A stretch of 60,124 nucleotides of DNA, filler included, from Bipalium vagum (Eukaryota), in NCBI GenBank assembly GCA_037834085.1. It is 3 parts of 3 records of this genome, joined end to end, with 100 filler letters (N's around TTAATTAATTAA, not from the genome) between each part and the next. Parts side by side here need not be neighbours in the genome. Positions count along the whole stretch, not along the records: positions 1 to 20,511 come from JBBMKC010251555.1; positions 20,612 to 41,412 come from JBBMKC010246552.1; 1 more part is not named here. One strand, 5' to 3'. Positions 13,968 to 27,280 of the stretch are shown piece by piece. The notes below the pieces were generated by a model. That model made no database searches and was not told the DNA's origin. It was given only the letters and a program-made list of their open reading frames with translations. The position numbers and the translations under genes were made by a program. How positions within the stretch are numbered: position 1 is the stretch's first letter; each line of letters starts with the position of its first letter.

Positions 13968-14311
13968 TAATTCAATGAAAATTTTAATTTTTCTTTATCT
14001 TGTAATTTTTGTTAGACTTCAATGTTGACATGAAAATTTCCAATTTGAAACCATTATCGATTTGTTTAAATTGACAAATATGACTAAATTTTGAGAAAAC
14101 AAATCATTATTTTCATATTCGTTCTTTGTATATCTTGGATTATATTTCTTTACTTGTTTAATACTTGTTTGGTTAATGTAATATTAGTTCTAATAATAAT
14201 ATTATAAATATTTTGTTTATTAAAATTATAAATGATAATTATCTATAAAATATTAATGGTGATTAATAATTCATTCAATTAATCTTTAGTTATTATAATT
14301 AAAAATATATA

Positions 14312-14434
14312 CAGAGGGGTCCATAAAAAATGTCGCTAAAATAAAATATTATTAAAAAATTATTATTATCATTATTATGCATTTTTGTGTCTCTATATAC
14401 TTTTTTTAAAATGACATTTTTATGGACCCCTCTA
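14312..14434. mobile_element. 123-bp Tc1/mariner-type MITE
   Basis: TIRs CAGAGGGGTCCATAAAAAATGTC / GACATTTTTATGGACCCCTCTA with TA flanks. Confidence 0.85.
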
Positions 14435-14631
14435 TAAAGTATTGATAATAATAATTATTATAATAACCATTTTTACTTTAGACAATCTATTAAAGAGGAT
14501 TGAAAAGATTTGAGGACAAAAGATTTTATATCAAATTAATAGACTTAATATAATTAGTTAAAAAACTATCAAAATCGATCAATAAAACTTAAAATTAAAA
14601 ATAACTAAAAATGCACCTTATACAAGTACGC

Positions 14632-14706
<75 letters not shown>
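14632..14706. repeat. (AAT)25 microsatellite
   Basis: Perfect repeat, read directly. Confidence 0.98.
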
Positions 14707-14710
<4 letters not shown>

Positions 14711-14906
14711 TACTTAATTTTAAATATTAAAGTTGTAATCGATAATTAAAAAATTACAATGAAAATGAAAAATTAGATTTAATAAATTTTATTAAAAACG
14801 TATCTATTTTTAAATAATTTAAGTGAGAAATCCCGCTGTTTGATAATTTGTGATAGAAAAAATAATTAATAAACCTTGGAATTCAAATTTTTTTATGTTA
14901 ATAGCA

Positions 14907-16002
14907 TAGGTTGCGTGAAAAGTCTTTTGACTGCAAATGAAAAAATGTGAGAATACATCTAAAACACATTAATCAAAATAATAATAATACTATTAGTACA
15001 CTATTTCTCTGTTAATTTAATCATATGCTTAAAGTGAATTTTGGAAGATGTCACAAGTAATGTTCTACAGCTTCTACATTTGAGGCAAAAAAACTTGCCA
15101 AGAATGAATAAAGATTTTTGAAAATATAAGTCACTGGCAGCCAAATCTCAAGCATATAGTGGATATTTAATCGATTTATAATTTTTTAAATAGTTTGTTC
15201 AGCTTTGCCACTGTCAATGCACTTTTGTGAACTGATGCGTTGTCTTGATGATTATGTTTTCTTTTGCATCTCAAAAAAGGTTTTTATAACCGTTTCTATT
15301 GACCGTTTTCTCTTTTTCTGCTTCGGAGTCAAACATTCAGATTCTGTCTTGTGCAACCGTTCCTATTTTAATTTAAGACTGTAATGATGAATCCATGTCT
15401 CATTGGTAATTAAAAAACATCAAATGAAATTAGATTTAAGCTGCTTAAAAAGTTTCAAACCTTTTTCGAAAATTTCTTTTCGTATGTGTTTTTGTTGAAT
15501 TAATAAGGAAAGCGACACTACTTCTCCAAAAATACTTTTTCATATGTAATTTATGCTTCAAAATGTGGTGAGATTCTCTTTCTACGAGATATTTGTTTTC
15601 GATAAATAGTATCATGGCTTTCATATAAATTTTCTGACGTTGAAACAATTTTTTGGATGACCGCTGCGTAGGTCATCTTCAATTGATTTACGGACTCATT
15701 TGAAAACAGCGATCAAATTTTTCACTGTGATATGGAACGTAACATATTTATTCAATAAATTTAACATTTCCGTATGAATTTTTTCTCTGTTAATCTTTTT
15801 TTAAATAAGTACTGCGCGTTGTTTCAAATTTCATTTTCTAAAAATGTAAACAAGGTAACATGTATGTAAACAAATATCCAATTTATAGATTTATTTGAAA
15901 GTTTACACATATACATTAAAAAAAGATGGACTATTTTACTAAAAATAATTTTTAGATAATTATACAATTAATATGAAAGGCTAAAGACTTTTCACGTAAC
16001 TA
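14907..16002 (-). mobile_element. Degenerate mariner element
   Basis: TIRs TAGGTTGCGTGAAAAGTCTTT / AAAGACTTTTCACGTAACTA. HTH remnant SIEDDLRSGHPK on the minus strand at ~15690-15655. Confidence 0.8.
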
Positions 16003-16154
16003 TAAACATTTTTTCTGTTTTTTACAAAATCGTTTGAATCTGTCTAAAATTACTCAAAACGTTTTAGAAATAATGTGAATCATTCATACCTGACCTTTAT
16101 GAAGAAACATTATGATTGATATAAACTGTATTCTAACTCCTTTTTGATATTTAG

Positions 16155-16544
16155 ATTAGCGGTGATCAGAGTTATAATAAATCTAAGGAAAATTATAAGG
16201 ACAGGAACATGTTGACTTATGATCACAATTTTCTGTCCTCTTGTCGGAAAATTCAGCCGGTATTTAGAAGAACTTCCAGTTTTTCAAACCTCGCAAATAT
16301 TACAGATTCCTATTCAAAGTCGAGTTCTGAGAATGATAGATCATCTAACCATGATTTACGATCATGTAATTTTAAAAATCCAGAAAACATCATACCAAGG
16401 TATGATCAGGTTGATAATAAAGTAAAGCAGTTGAAATATCTGTCATCATTCGAATTTTGTGGAAAAACTCTACCCCGATGTGAGTTTCGTGTTTATTCCA
16501 GAGGAAAGTTGATTTATGATCCTGAATATCCAATTTACAGATAA
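16155..16544 (+). CDS. Probable terminal coding exon, likely spliced to 6444-7604
   Basis: Acceptor TTTAG|ATT in phase 0, in frame with ORF 16209-16544 and matching the phase-0 donor at 7604. Ends ...LIYDPEYPIYR*. Confidence 0.6.
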   Translation: MSGDQSYNKSKENYKDRNMLTYDHNFLSSCRKIQPVFRRTSSFSNLANITDSYSKSSSENDRSSNHDLRSCNFKNPENIIPRYDQVDNKVKQLKYLSSFEFCGKTLPRCEFRVYSRGKLIYDPEYPIYR

Positions 16545-16989
16545 ACAAATTCCAATTTTTCTATTGAATTTTTAAAAAAATATTTTTAAAGAAAATATTA
16601 TTGGCCGGGGTTCCATTTTTAGATTGAATTCTATAATTGATTGTCTAAAACTGAGTTTGATCCTATCACTATGAATCTGTGATGCGTAACTGTATCAAAT
16701 TTTGCATGTTTTTTATAGTTTTATTGCATAAATTTCATAAAAATTTAATCTTTTTGAAATATTAATCAAATGAGATAAGAATTGTTTTCAAAGGCTCAAA
16801 TTCAGAAAATAATATTTATTGGATTAATGTCAAGTAACTTGTCAAAGGTATTGGGTCATTTTGCAAGCTTTAAGAATATTTTTCCAGGACAATTATACAA
16901 AAAATTGTAGTATAGCTAAACTTTCATGTTGTGCTCTTTCATAATTTTGATTTTTCACAAAATCATGATTTTCTATATATTTTAGAAAA

Positions 16990-17420
16990 TAAAAAATTTA
17001 TGTCACACTTTTGTTAAAGCGATGATAGCATAATGATACAATAGTAGAAATATATCTATTATATCTAAACTTTTAATCTATAAATTTATTTGATTGTATA
17101 AATTAAAATATTGAAAATTAGAAAATGTATTATGCAGATCCAGATCTTTTTTTAGAAATAGTAATTCCATTTGAATTATCATTAAAAAAGGAAGTTGGAA
17201 AATTTCAAGAAGATATACATGTAATTATCCAGCAGTATAATGTAAATTTAAAGGTGAATTAGAGGAAGAAAATAAATTTATAAAAATATACTCATCATCT
17301 GAAATTAATTTATTTCATGAGTAAGTAACTTATTTTTATTTATTGTTCCTATCATCATTTTCAATCTTTTCTGTCACTAGACAAAGAGAAATCGTTTTAA
17401 CTGATCCTTATTTAAAAGAA
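16990..17420 (+). mobile_element. Possible Polinton polB C-terminal remnant
   Basis: SDDSIM (cf. DTDS) at ~17018 and KKEVGKFQE (cf. KKVIGKFKDE) at ~17185-17211. Highly decayed. Confidence 0.35.
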
Positions 17421-18180
17421 TTTAGATTATATATTCAATTGTTTTTAACATAATTTACTCGATTTCTATTTTATTACTACGAATGCATGTTTGAGTTAGA
17501 ATTATCATTTAAAATTTTTACGAAGCACCATATTCTTTTGAAAATATTTTATTTTGTGTACTAATAATTGATAATAAATAATAATAATCATTTAAAAATA
17601 TAGAATTTTGAAAACTTAAGATTACCCATTAAGTTTAAAAAATAGTTGTAGACTACTTTCAATCATTCGAGGGTCAAATAAATTACCTCTAAATTTCTGT
17701 ATTATCTTTGTCTCTCTTTAGAGCACTTTCTAGACTTTTTAAGCTGAGAAGATTCTTAAACTTAGAAATACCTCATACTAATTATTTTAGAGTTTCAAAG
17801 GGAAGTATTTGTAAACATTTGATTGTATAGAACAATATATATTTGTTAAATCGTTCTTAGAGCTACCAATTTTAGATTTCTAATAATCAACAATAATAAT
17901 TTTAAGTAAATAAATTATAGTAGTTTAATTGGTATCACACGAATTTCAGGTGATCAGATTCATAAAATAAGTCTGCAATAAGCTGCAGATAATACTGTTG
18001 AGGTTTGAATCCTATCTTATAAGTTCTGTAAATAAAATTTTGGCGAAAAATAAAATTTAAATAATACGCTGGCTAATTTAAAACTACGTATTTTAATTAT
18101 TAATTTAAAAGTAATTAAATAAATTTTAAAAAATAAAATTTAAATATTGTTTAAGGAGCAACTTACTGATTTTTTAATCA

Positions 18181-18793
18181 GTAGCATTGTGGAGACTCCC
18201 ATCAAATCCTCTCAACTCATCTAATTCCTCAAAAAATCCTCCAAATCTTCCAAACCCATACAAGGTCAGTCAATCCAATCCATCAACAAACCCTTCAACC
18301 CGAAGACAATTAATATTTATAATTATGTGATCATTTTATTGATGTTGCCGTGCGAACATTTAACCATATGTGATCAGTGTTTTCATGTGAACATTTGTAT
18401 TTTATAATTATATTTTATGTTAGTGAAAAGGCAGAAACAAAAAAAAATCATCAAAATTCTCTTCAACAAGTGTCATCTCTTATCGACAAACGCCATCAAT
18501 AGACAATCTTTCATAAAAAAAACATCAATAATTCAGAAACATCAACAATCAATCGTCAGCTATACTACTATACGTCAACCATCCTGAAATCAATCATCAC
18601 CAAACGCATATTAAAGGCGCAACAAGCAGAACTAGAAAAGAGAGAATTTACAACGTCAATTTAGGGAAAACTACCAACTGGTTCTAAAATTTAGAAACAA
18701 GATTCTAACTACGACTACAAACCGTGATTCCAACTACGACTACGAACAGTGATTCCAAATACTACCTACGCCTACGATCATTTATCCCTTCAC
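18181..18793 (+). mobile_element. Solo-LTR-like repeat containing a 25-bp tandem repeat
   Basis: Starts GTAGCATTGTGGAGACTCC (shared, inverted, with 46300-46523) and ends ...CCTTCACA. GATTC(C/T)AA units start at 18701, 18726 and 18751. Confidence 0.5.
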
Positions 18794-19139
18794 AACCTCA
18801 CCACATTTTCATTGCAGTAATATATACTTTTGGTTTTTAGATTTATTTCTTTTGTGTTAACATTTTAAAAGCTTTTTTTTAGTAAGCGTAAAAATAATTC
18901 TCATAAAACTTATCTTACAGTTAAGACAAAGTATCATTTAATAATATAATTTCTTGATTATTTACATAAAATTTTAATTGAACTTGTCTTATAATTAAGA
19001 CAAAGATTTCATCTCACAGAGTATTACCCAAAAAAAATACTTAAATCGATTTAATTTTAATTTTGTATTTTGTATCGCATCTCGGACTTGTTTTGTAATC
19101 AAAACAAAGTCGATTATTAATTAACTAAATAAATACTCA

Positions 19140-19538
19140 GGCCAGGACCTGAGGTTCATATAATTTTTTTTATTTTTCCCATCTCTTTTTCAGTTTTTGT
19201 TTTTGTTCTTAACTCACACACTAAGAAGGGCGGTGAGTTAAATTGATCTTCTTATTTGAGGACCTAAGAGCCTAAGAGCGAGATGGCTTTTTAACCCCAA
19301 ATTAAATCTAACCCTGAAATAAGAAATTATATTAAAATCCATCAAGGACGATCACTTGTATTTGTAAAAACCCTTTTTAATGTAAAATATAATTTTGAAA
19401 AACTTGAGTACGATTTGTTCATTTACATTCGATTTAAACCTTGTTTTTTTTCACAGCAATAATAAAAGCAACCTTCGCCGTTAAGACCTAATAAACATTG
19501 TTTTGAGCTCCACCTTCTATAAAATTAGGATCTTAACA
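19140..19538 (+). mobile_element. LTR-like 3' end (same family as 45062-46006)
   Basis: CCGTTAAGACCTAATAAA...GAGCTCCACC...TAGGATCTTAACA matches the reverse complement of 45062-45140. Left boundary uncertain. Confidence 0.55.
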
Positions 19539-20511
19539 GAATGTCTCTCTAAAATTCTTAAATTATAATTTTCACAAATTTTTAGAAACTTATTATATTT
19601 TTAGTAATAATTTAATTTAGAAAGTACTTCATGATTGACAGTTTAACTGACCAATCAGAGACTCTAAAACGAACAGTAAAATATAATATAAGCCAGCGAA
19701 AACTCATTATTTTTCGCCCAGAAAATTGCCCAACAAAAAAGATATGCTTTTATTGGTAATTTTATTTTGCTGACCAGGGTTTTCCCTGACACAGCTTTTT
19801 AATTAGAGAGTTTTTGTTGAGACTGTCTGATCAGTTTGTTTTTTAGTGTGACTGCTGAGTGTTGCAGTTTGTTTGTTGTAACTAAAAATGGTCTTACCTT
19901 CATTTAAAGAAAATAATATTATAATAAATAATAATTACTAAATTAATTAATATATAATTTTATAAAGTATTTTAATAAAGTTTTAGAGTGTCCGTTTCAG
20001 TGTTTTTATTAGAGGGTGAGATAACGAGCTCTTTAGATAGGCCCACAGCAACCTCAGCATAGGTCAGGTGAGCTAGAGTATTGTTGAACCAGTAATACAA
20101 AAATTCGATTATGATTTAACTTTTTTATTTGATTAATTTAAATAAATACTAAAGATTGGTATATCTCTTCCAACACTTTAAGAATAAAAATCTTTCCTTT
20201 TTGTAATGTATTTCTTCGCTTTTTGTGTTATTCACGTCAAATTAAAAACGGACCGATTTTATTTACTAGGGGTCCTTGTTATCAAAAGGAAATTTTTCTT
20301 AACTTCCCTTGAATCTAGCTACTCAAAATAATTATGTAAATAACAATGTAAAACATTTTAAAAATATATTTTTGTAAAAAAAGCTTTTCTTGGTCAATCG
20401 ATTTATTAAAAGAATAAAATTTATTCGATTAATTTGTTACGATATTATTTCACTATGAACCCTGTCGTAACCTTAGCTCGAAACGTTACTGATCCCTTCA
20501 CTTGTTCCTAT

Positions 20512-20611
20512 NNNNNNNNNNNNNNNNNNNNNNNNNNNNNNNNNNNNNNNNNNNNTTAATTAATTAANNNNNNNNNNNNNNNNNNNNNNNNNNNNNNNNN
20601 NNNNNNNNNNN
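20512..20611. other. Artificial contig spacer N44-TTAATTAATTAA-N44
   Basis: Exactly 100 bp, identical to 41413-41512. The linker has stops in all six frames. Confidence 0.97.
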
Positions 20612-21689
20612 TTGTAGCTTCCAATGGAACATATTTTCAATAAATGTTTTAAAATAAAATTTGTAATAAATGTCTTTGTTTTCTTATTAAAAAAGTCGGA
20701 GTCATAGTTGTACACCTAATAATATAATTTATAAAAAAAGGATTATTATTAATGAGATGATGCTATGCTTGTAAAATACCCCTCTATGATACCCCTGAAA
20801 AAATTATAAGAGGATTGATAAGACCCAAATACTCCGATTAGCTATACACAAAGATTTAAATGATGGCACTGAACCCTTAACCGATATGATTATATCTTGA
20901 AAGGTGACCCTAATGTTTGGAAAAATGTTGAAGAAATAATTTTCTTAGCGAAAACAATTACATCTCGCTTTACCCAATATCGTTCCATGTAAACATTTAC
21001 AATCGACGAAGGAAATCATTGGAAAAGGAAACAAAAAGGAAAATATTAAAATTTTAATAATTGGGGAAACCCTCCAATAAATATTTCAATAATGAAATTG
21101 ATTTAAACAAAAGAGAATAAATACATTTTCCAGTACAAACCAACCAAGAAACACGACAAACAAATAAGGACCATTATCACATTTTATGATTTCCTTCGTC
21201 ACTTAATTAAAACAAATAAAAAAATAATTAAATAATTCTATTTGATCTCATTTGATTCTCAAAAGTGATATAAAATATTTAATCAGATAAAATTAATATA
21301 TATGCCACTTTAGAATGTCGAACAGTTTTGGTTTATTCGCAAAATTATTTTGGAAAATTTTTAATATTGAGATCAAAATTGTAAAATTTTAATGAAATTT
21401 TTATATATATTTTTCCGTCAAATGAAAATATTCGTTCTGCTCTCTGTTTCGTCATTGTATTTAATCTTATCTTTTATTTGTTTAAATTGTCACATTATTC
21501 AGTTGCTTTCAATTATATTGATAATCATTTTTTCATTGCTCGTTTTTAATGTCTTTAATTGTTTATTTCTTTTTTAAAAAAAAGCCTACATTTATTTTAT
21601 TGGGTTATTTTTTGGTTATTTTTGTTGGGTTATTTATTTAATTTTTTTTATTGGGTTATTTTTGTTTTAATTTAAATTAATTTTTCTTA

Positions 21690-22850
21690 CCAAGAAAGTC
21701 CTAAGCTTTTCATGAAAATCCATATTAATTTTTTAAAATAAATTTTATGATAAAAATGTGAAAATACATAAAAAAGGCTAAAAACTACTCAGACTTTATC
21801 AGATATAATGAAGACAACTCAAAAAATCTTTTGTTTTAATAATACGTATACATTTACAGATCTCATTTCTCGACATAACCGCTATTCACATTGATACACT
21901 TTCTCCACTGGTCGACCATTCCATTGAAGAGTATTTCAAATAATTTTTAATCTTTCTCCACGAGGAATATCTTCACATTATCCTTCATATCATTCTTTGA
22001 AATTTGTTTTATGTCCTCCCAAATGTTTCTTCAGATGATTGAGCAACCAAAAGTCATTTATTTCAAGATTTGAACTGTATGGATCAAACTGAAAAAACTC
22101 AGGTTTTCTTAACGTGTCTTGTGATTTTTAATAGGAGCGTTATCATCTAATTAAAAACCTCCTGGCTGCGTGGTTTGTGTCGGATGCTTCGAATCTCTAA
22201 TATGAGATTACTGTGGTAATCCGAATTTAAGATATCTTCAGTGAAATGTAGCTTCAAGATGACATTTATATTCAAAAAGAATTCAACGTGGCACATTTAC
22301 GATGAGGAATTCCGAGACGCAATATCTTGGGTGGTTTTTTTCCTAATATAATTATATTTAGAATACGGAAGGGAGAGACTCAATTGTGTCTCGTTGCTTA
22401 TTATATTCGAAAAAATAGTCAGACATTATCCAAAGAATGAAGATTCTCTCACAGGTCATTCGTCTTGATATTATCTCAGATGTAAAAATCTCGGCACGAA
22501 CCTGTTACATGACTTTCAGATTTCAATTTGCTCTAGAAGCAGCTGATAGGCTTTGTCAAATACACTTTGTATTTTTCAATACAATATCTTTCAATGTTTT
22601 AGTCATTTCTTCACTAATTTCGACAGATCATCTTCTTAGAGTTTGCATCGTAAACATTTGTTCGACCAGATCAAAATTCTCGGATCCAGTAATAAATATT
22701 TATATATCTCTTGAATCTGATTAATAATTTCTTGTTATATTCCTTGAGAAGCAATACACGGATCACATTGCGAAATTTGACCACATTTTCGATAATTTTT
22801 TTGAATTAATATATTTAGGTGCAAACAAGAATTAGAACATTTAAACAAAT
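21690..22850 (-). mobile_element. Degenerate mariner, same subfamily as 3203-4490
   Basis: PYSSNLEINDFWLLNHLKKHLGGH at ~22082-22011. TIR-like AAAGTCCTAAG at ~21695. Right end approximate. Confidence 0.7.
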
Positions 22851-24497
22851 CTTATATTTCATACTTATGATTATTATTTAACGTGCAAAATTTTATTTAA
22901 GTATCTTCAATATTTCTGGTAGAGTTTAAGTACTTTAATGTCTTACCACGTATTAAGGAAATAAAATTTTAAAAATAAATTTTATTATAAAGAAAATAAT
23001 AATGATAATAATTATTTTATAAAATTAAAATTTAATAAAATAAATGTATTTATTTATCATAACTTTTTAAATCAAAGTTTGAAGTTTTCTAAATAAATTA
23101 TATTTATTTTAACATTTAACAATTAAAACAAATAATGATTTGATTTATTATCAATTGTAGTTCATTGCAAATGAAAATTAAATTATAAAGCATTAATAAA
23201 AAGAGAATTTTATTATTTTTTAACGTAATAATTATCAAACTGACGAATGCTCCTAAAATAATAGAAACAATCCATTATTCTTTTGCGTTCACAAATAATT
23301 ATTTCAGTGAGACATCTCTTAAAATTCAATAAAAATATATGAGGAATTTTGCAAACTCTCACAGTTCGTCTCTTTATCAAAAATTATCTGATCTCTATAA
23401 CAGACATTTCTACAGTTTGACTTGTTTTAATTAATAGGAAATAATTATCTTTTCATCTTTAAAAATATGAAAAATAAGAAATTCCTATTACAAAGAATTT
23501 GGCTCAGAATTTCTCTTTCCTCTTTATGTATATATACATATATATATGTGATTTGGCATCATCGTAATATTATTGTACATTACATGACAATTTAATTATA
23601 TTTAATTCCGGATTATCCTTCCAATAAGCCAATTCTGGAAATTTGAGATTTCCTATGATAAAGCAAATTTGAAAATATTAAAGTATTAATTATATAACAA
23701 TAAAATAATATTTCTTTGAAATTTTTTCAAATTCACAAGTTATTTCAATCGATATAATCATTACCATTTTTATTAAACTTTCCCCCTCATTTTTATTGGA
23801 TTAGAATATTTTATTAGTTAATTAATGAAATAAATATTATTTTTTATCAAGGTTTAAAATGATGTATAGAAATATTTTTTTTATAATAATTTAATAATAT
23901 TTATATTTTTATCTATTTTGTATTGATTTTTAATTATTGATAAATTACTTTTTTAATTAATTATTTTAATAATATTATTAATATTAATAATATTTTAAAC
24001 ATTTTATTAACAAATATCAATCATGATACACACATTCATTATCACATTTCATTCTTATTAATTTAATTTAATAATATTTAATAAATAATAATAAAATTAA
24101 ATTATATAATAATTATAATTATAAATTATTCAATCATGAACAAGTACCATTCTAGTATACTAGTATACAAGTATATTCTGTATTACATTTGGTTATACTA
24201 TTATCAGCTGACTCAATGATTTAAATTATTGTTTTAATCTTCAGTAATTTTAAAAATAATTAAGAAAGATTATTATAAAAATTATAAAAAATAATATTAT
24301 TAATGGAATTAATTTTTAATTATGGTTTATATTTTATTATATTTTTATTTTATAATAATATTATCACTCGATGCTATTAATATAAAAATCATAAAAGCAT
24401 TACAATAGTAATATATATTATTATTATTACCGAAAAGAAATATCTTAGATCCTTATACGTATATACGACAATATGCATAAAGTGATTTTAAAATATT

Positions 24498-25279
24498 CAG
24501 TCAAACCTGTTCAAGCTGAACGTTTTTTGAAATGAACAAATTTTTAAATGCTTCACGTTAAATCTTATATTTCTTCTAGGCTTTCTAACTTCCTCAATTC
24601 ATTCTCCCTCTCAGTTTCTGTATCTTTTATGCACCTGATTAAAGCTTTCCTTTATGATTTCATGTGACAAAATAACTTCTACCACGAACATTTCCAACAC
24701 TATTGGCTTCTATACTATAGCTAAGTAGCTTTTCCCAATCCGCCATAATATCTTTTGGTTTTGAAAAGTCGTTCTTTAAATCTAATAACTTTTCCAGCTT
24801 TGCTTTCGTACTTCTCCAATAAATCTAGATCTAATAGATCGAGATTTCCCTTCGTTTTATTGGTGTCTCTTTTGCCGTTAAATACCTAATGCACTGCGTG
24901 ATGAACTTCTCAACATTGTCACCCTTCAAAACGTTTAGTAGAATTCTGTAATCGGATCCGATTCAGTGATGACTGCCATATTAATATCAATTGGCTTACT
25001 ATCAATATTTTAAATATTTTAAATATTTTATCAATATTTCATCAATTTTCAAATATTTTAAAAATATTAAGTAATACATATACTTAATATTTATCATAAT
25101 TATTTTTTAATAATTAAAAAATTTCTCAGATCTTATTCAGCCAACCTGTAGGAACAGTGTATATTAATTCAGTGAAATTGTTTGGGTCGTAATCATCTTT
25201 TGCTATGTAATTTCACTTTTTTATTTCACCAACAGCCGAATATTGGTCCCGTGATGTTCAACTTAAACAGGATTGACTG
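24498..25279. mobile_element. pogo-type TIR element enclosing a gag-like fragment
   Basis: TIRs CAGTCAAACCTGTTCAAGCTGAAC / GTTCAACTTAAACAGGATTGACTG with TA on the right. Interior minus-strand reading KRFEGDNVEKFITQCIRYLTAKE. Confidence 0.65.
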
Positions 25280-26016
25280 TATGTTGGTATTCAGCCAAAT
25301 TGAAAACTATAATTATTGAGAAATAAGTATTTTTTTAAAAAATCACTACATGTATGTTATTCCCAGACAAAAATCGTATTTTTATTGATTAATTAATTTG
25401 ATTCACCATTAATTTCGATAATATTTTTGTTTTAATCTTCAAAAAAATATATTAGAAAGAATAATAAATGCATAATAGGGAATATATATTTTAAAGATTA
25501 GACATAATCTAGTTAGAAATATTATAAAAGTCTGTTATTTATTAAAAAAAGATTTCATTCCGTAATTATTATAATTGAAACATCAAACAAGACAGATTCT
25601 TTCTAGGTGAACAGATCCAGTATGATCAAAGATGCCGGAGTAGCAGAGATTTCAATACAAAAGCCGGACATTTAATTATTTTACACTTAAATAGAGCAAG
25701 TATGTTGATAATAAGTATTATTTAAGAAATTCCAAAAAATCAAGCATTTTGTCACATTTGGACGAGACAGTCGATATTAATCTCCCAACGAATCCTTCTA
25801 ATTTAGAGCTAATTACTTTCTAAATGATAATGAGTTATTGCCACAAGTGCGGTCAGCGTGTGACAGTCAATGTCACAAAGATTCTTTCAAAATGAGAAGT
25901 TCCCAGAGATTTTCCGAGAGGAGGAAAGATGATCGCTATCTCTTTCTTTACTGACAGAGGGATCGTTCAAAATCATAAGTACGGTAATTGGTTTGAGATA
26001 TTTGGAAAGTTGTTAA

Positions 26017-26126
26017 AATAATAATAATAATAATAATAAAAATAGTAATAATAATAAAAAATTATTATTATTATTATTATTATTATTACTTTTATTCATT
26101 TTATTTATTAAGTATTATTATTATCA

Positions 26127-26171
<45 letters not shown>

Positions 26172-26177
26172 TATTAT
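26017..26177. repeat. Imperfect (AAT)n followed by (ATT)n low-complexity tract
   Basis: Read directly. Confidence 0.85.
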
Positions 26178-27134
26178 ATATTTTAAATTAAAATTAATAT
26201 TAATATTAATACTTTTACTTTTTATCATTCTCATTTTTTTATTTTGATTTGTATTATCTTTATTTATTTAATTATTAATTATTATTTATTATTATTATTA
26301 TACATTTTAAGGAAATATAATACTACAATTCATAATTTTACTGAATAAAAATATGAACGTATAAATTTTACTAAAAATGAATTCATTAAAATAAATTTTG
26401 TAAAAAAGTATTCCAATAATTTTTCTTATTTTGTTCTCCTTCATTAAGGTAATAAAGCGAAACAAAAAAAATGGACAGTCTTTTTTGTTATACATCACAC
26501 TTAATAATTTTATAACAATAAAGAAAATTAAAGGGTCCCTGAGGCCACCTGACATAAAGTTAATAATTTATATCTTCCAAAAATGTCGGCGTTTTTGTTT
26601 ATTAAATTCAGGGACAAAGTCTTAAAATCAACTGAATTAATTAATTCAGTTTTTCAATAAATAAAATAATATAAAATGAGGCAATTTTATTTTTTATTTT
26701 ACCATTATGAATAAATTAAATTATTTCAAAGAAAACCTTTCAATAATTTCCGATATTTGAAAATATGGAAATATAAAAATCGTTTCAACAAGAATTGCCG
26801 AGAATTTGTTTTAAATTAAATGTATATATAAAATTATGTTGTTTGTGTTTTGTTTTAATAAAATAATTAAGAGGTCATTTCAAGTTTACCAGTGAATTAT
26901 AATTCGATAAAAATTTTCTAAAATTCTTCTATCAGAAGTACTCATTGAAATTGTAAAGCTTTTTTTGTCAACATAAACATCACAGAAAGTACAAATAGAG
27001 AAAATAATAATATCTTTAATATAATAAAAATGCTACAATTGTTTGAGGAACGTTGAAATGAAGTTTACAGTATATAATCAATTTGATGGAAGATATTTCG
27101 CAATTTATAAATACGTTTTCTACAGTTCTCATAA

Positions 27135-27280
27135 AAAACCAATTGGAAGTAACAAACTGTTCAAAGAGACTTTTGGCATCTGTTTGAATCTTAAGCATTG
27201 TACCTTTAAGAAATTTATTAAGGTTTCTGAAAAATTGAATATCATAGGATGACAAGTTTGGGGGATAAGAGGATAGAACC
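27135..27280 (-). mobile_element. Mariner transposase C-terminal remnant
   Basis: SYPPNLSSYDIQFFRNLNKFLKG...AKSLFEQF resembles PYSPDLAPSDYHLFRSLQNFLKG. Confidence 0.6.

Noticed and set aside
18701-18770. 25-bp repeats as a CRISPR-like array
   Set aside because: Head-to-tail with no unique spacers, fewer than 3 full units, inside an LTR-like repeat in a eukaryote.
20556-20567. TTAATTAATTAA palindrome between N runs (also 41457-41468)
   Set aside because: Identical 44+12+44 layout in both places; a six-frame-stop assembly linker, not biology.
21392-21577. Short hydrophobic F/L/I-rich ORFs (also 40345-40569, 50647-50874, 57329-57514)
   Set aside because: Expected by chance from T-rich composition; no motifs or splice support.
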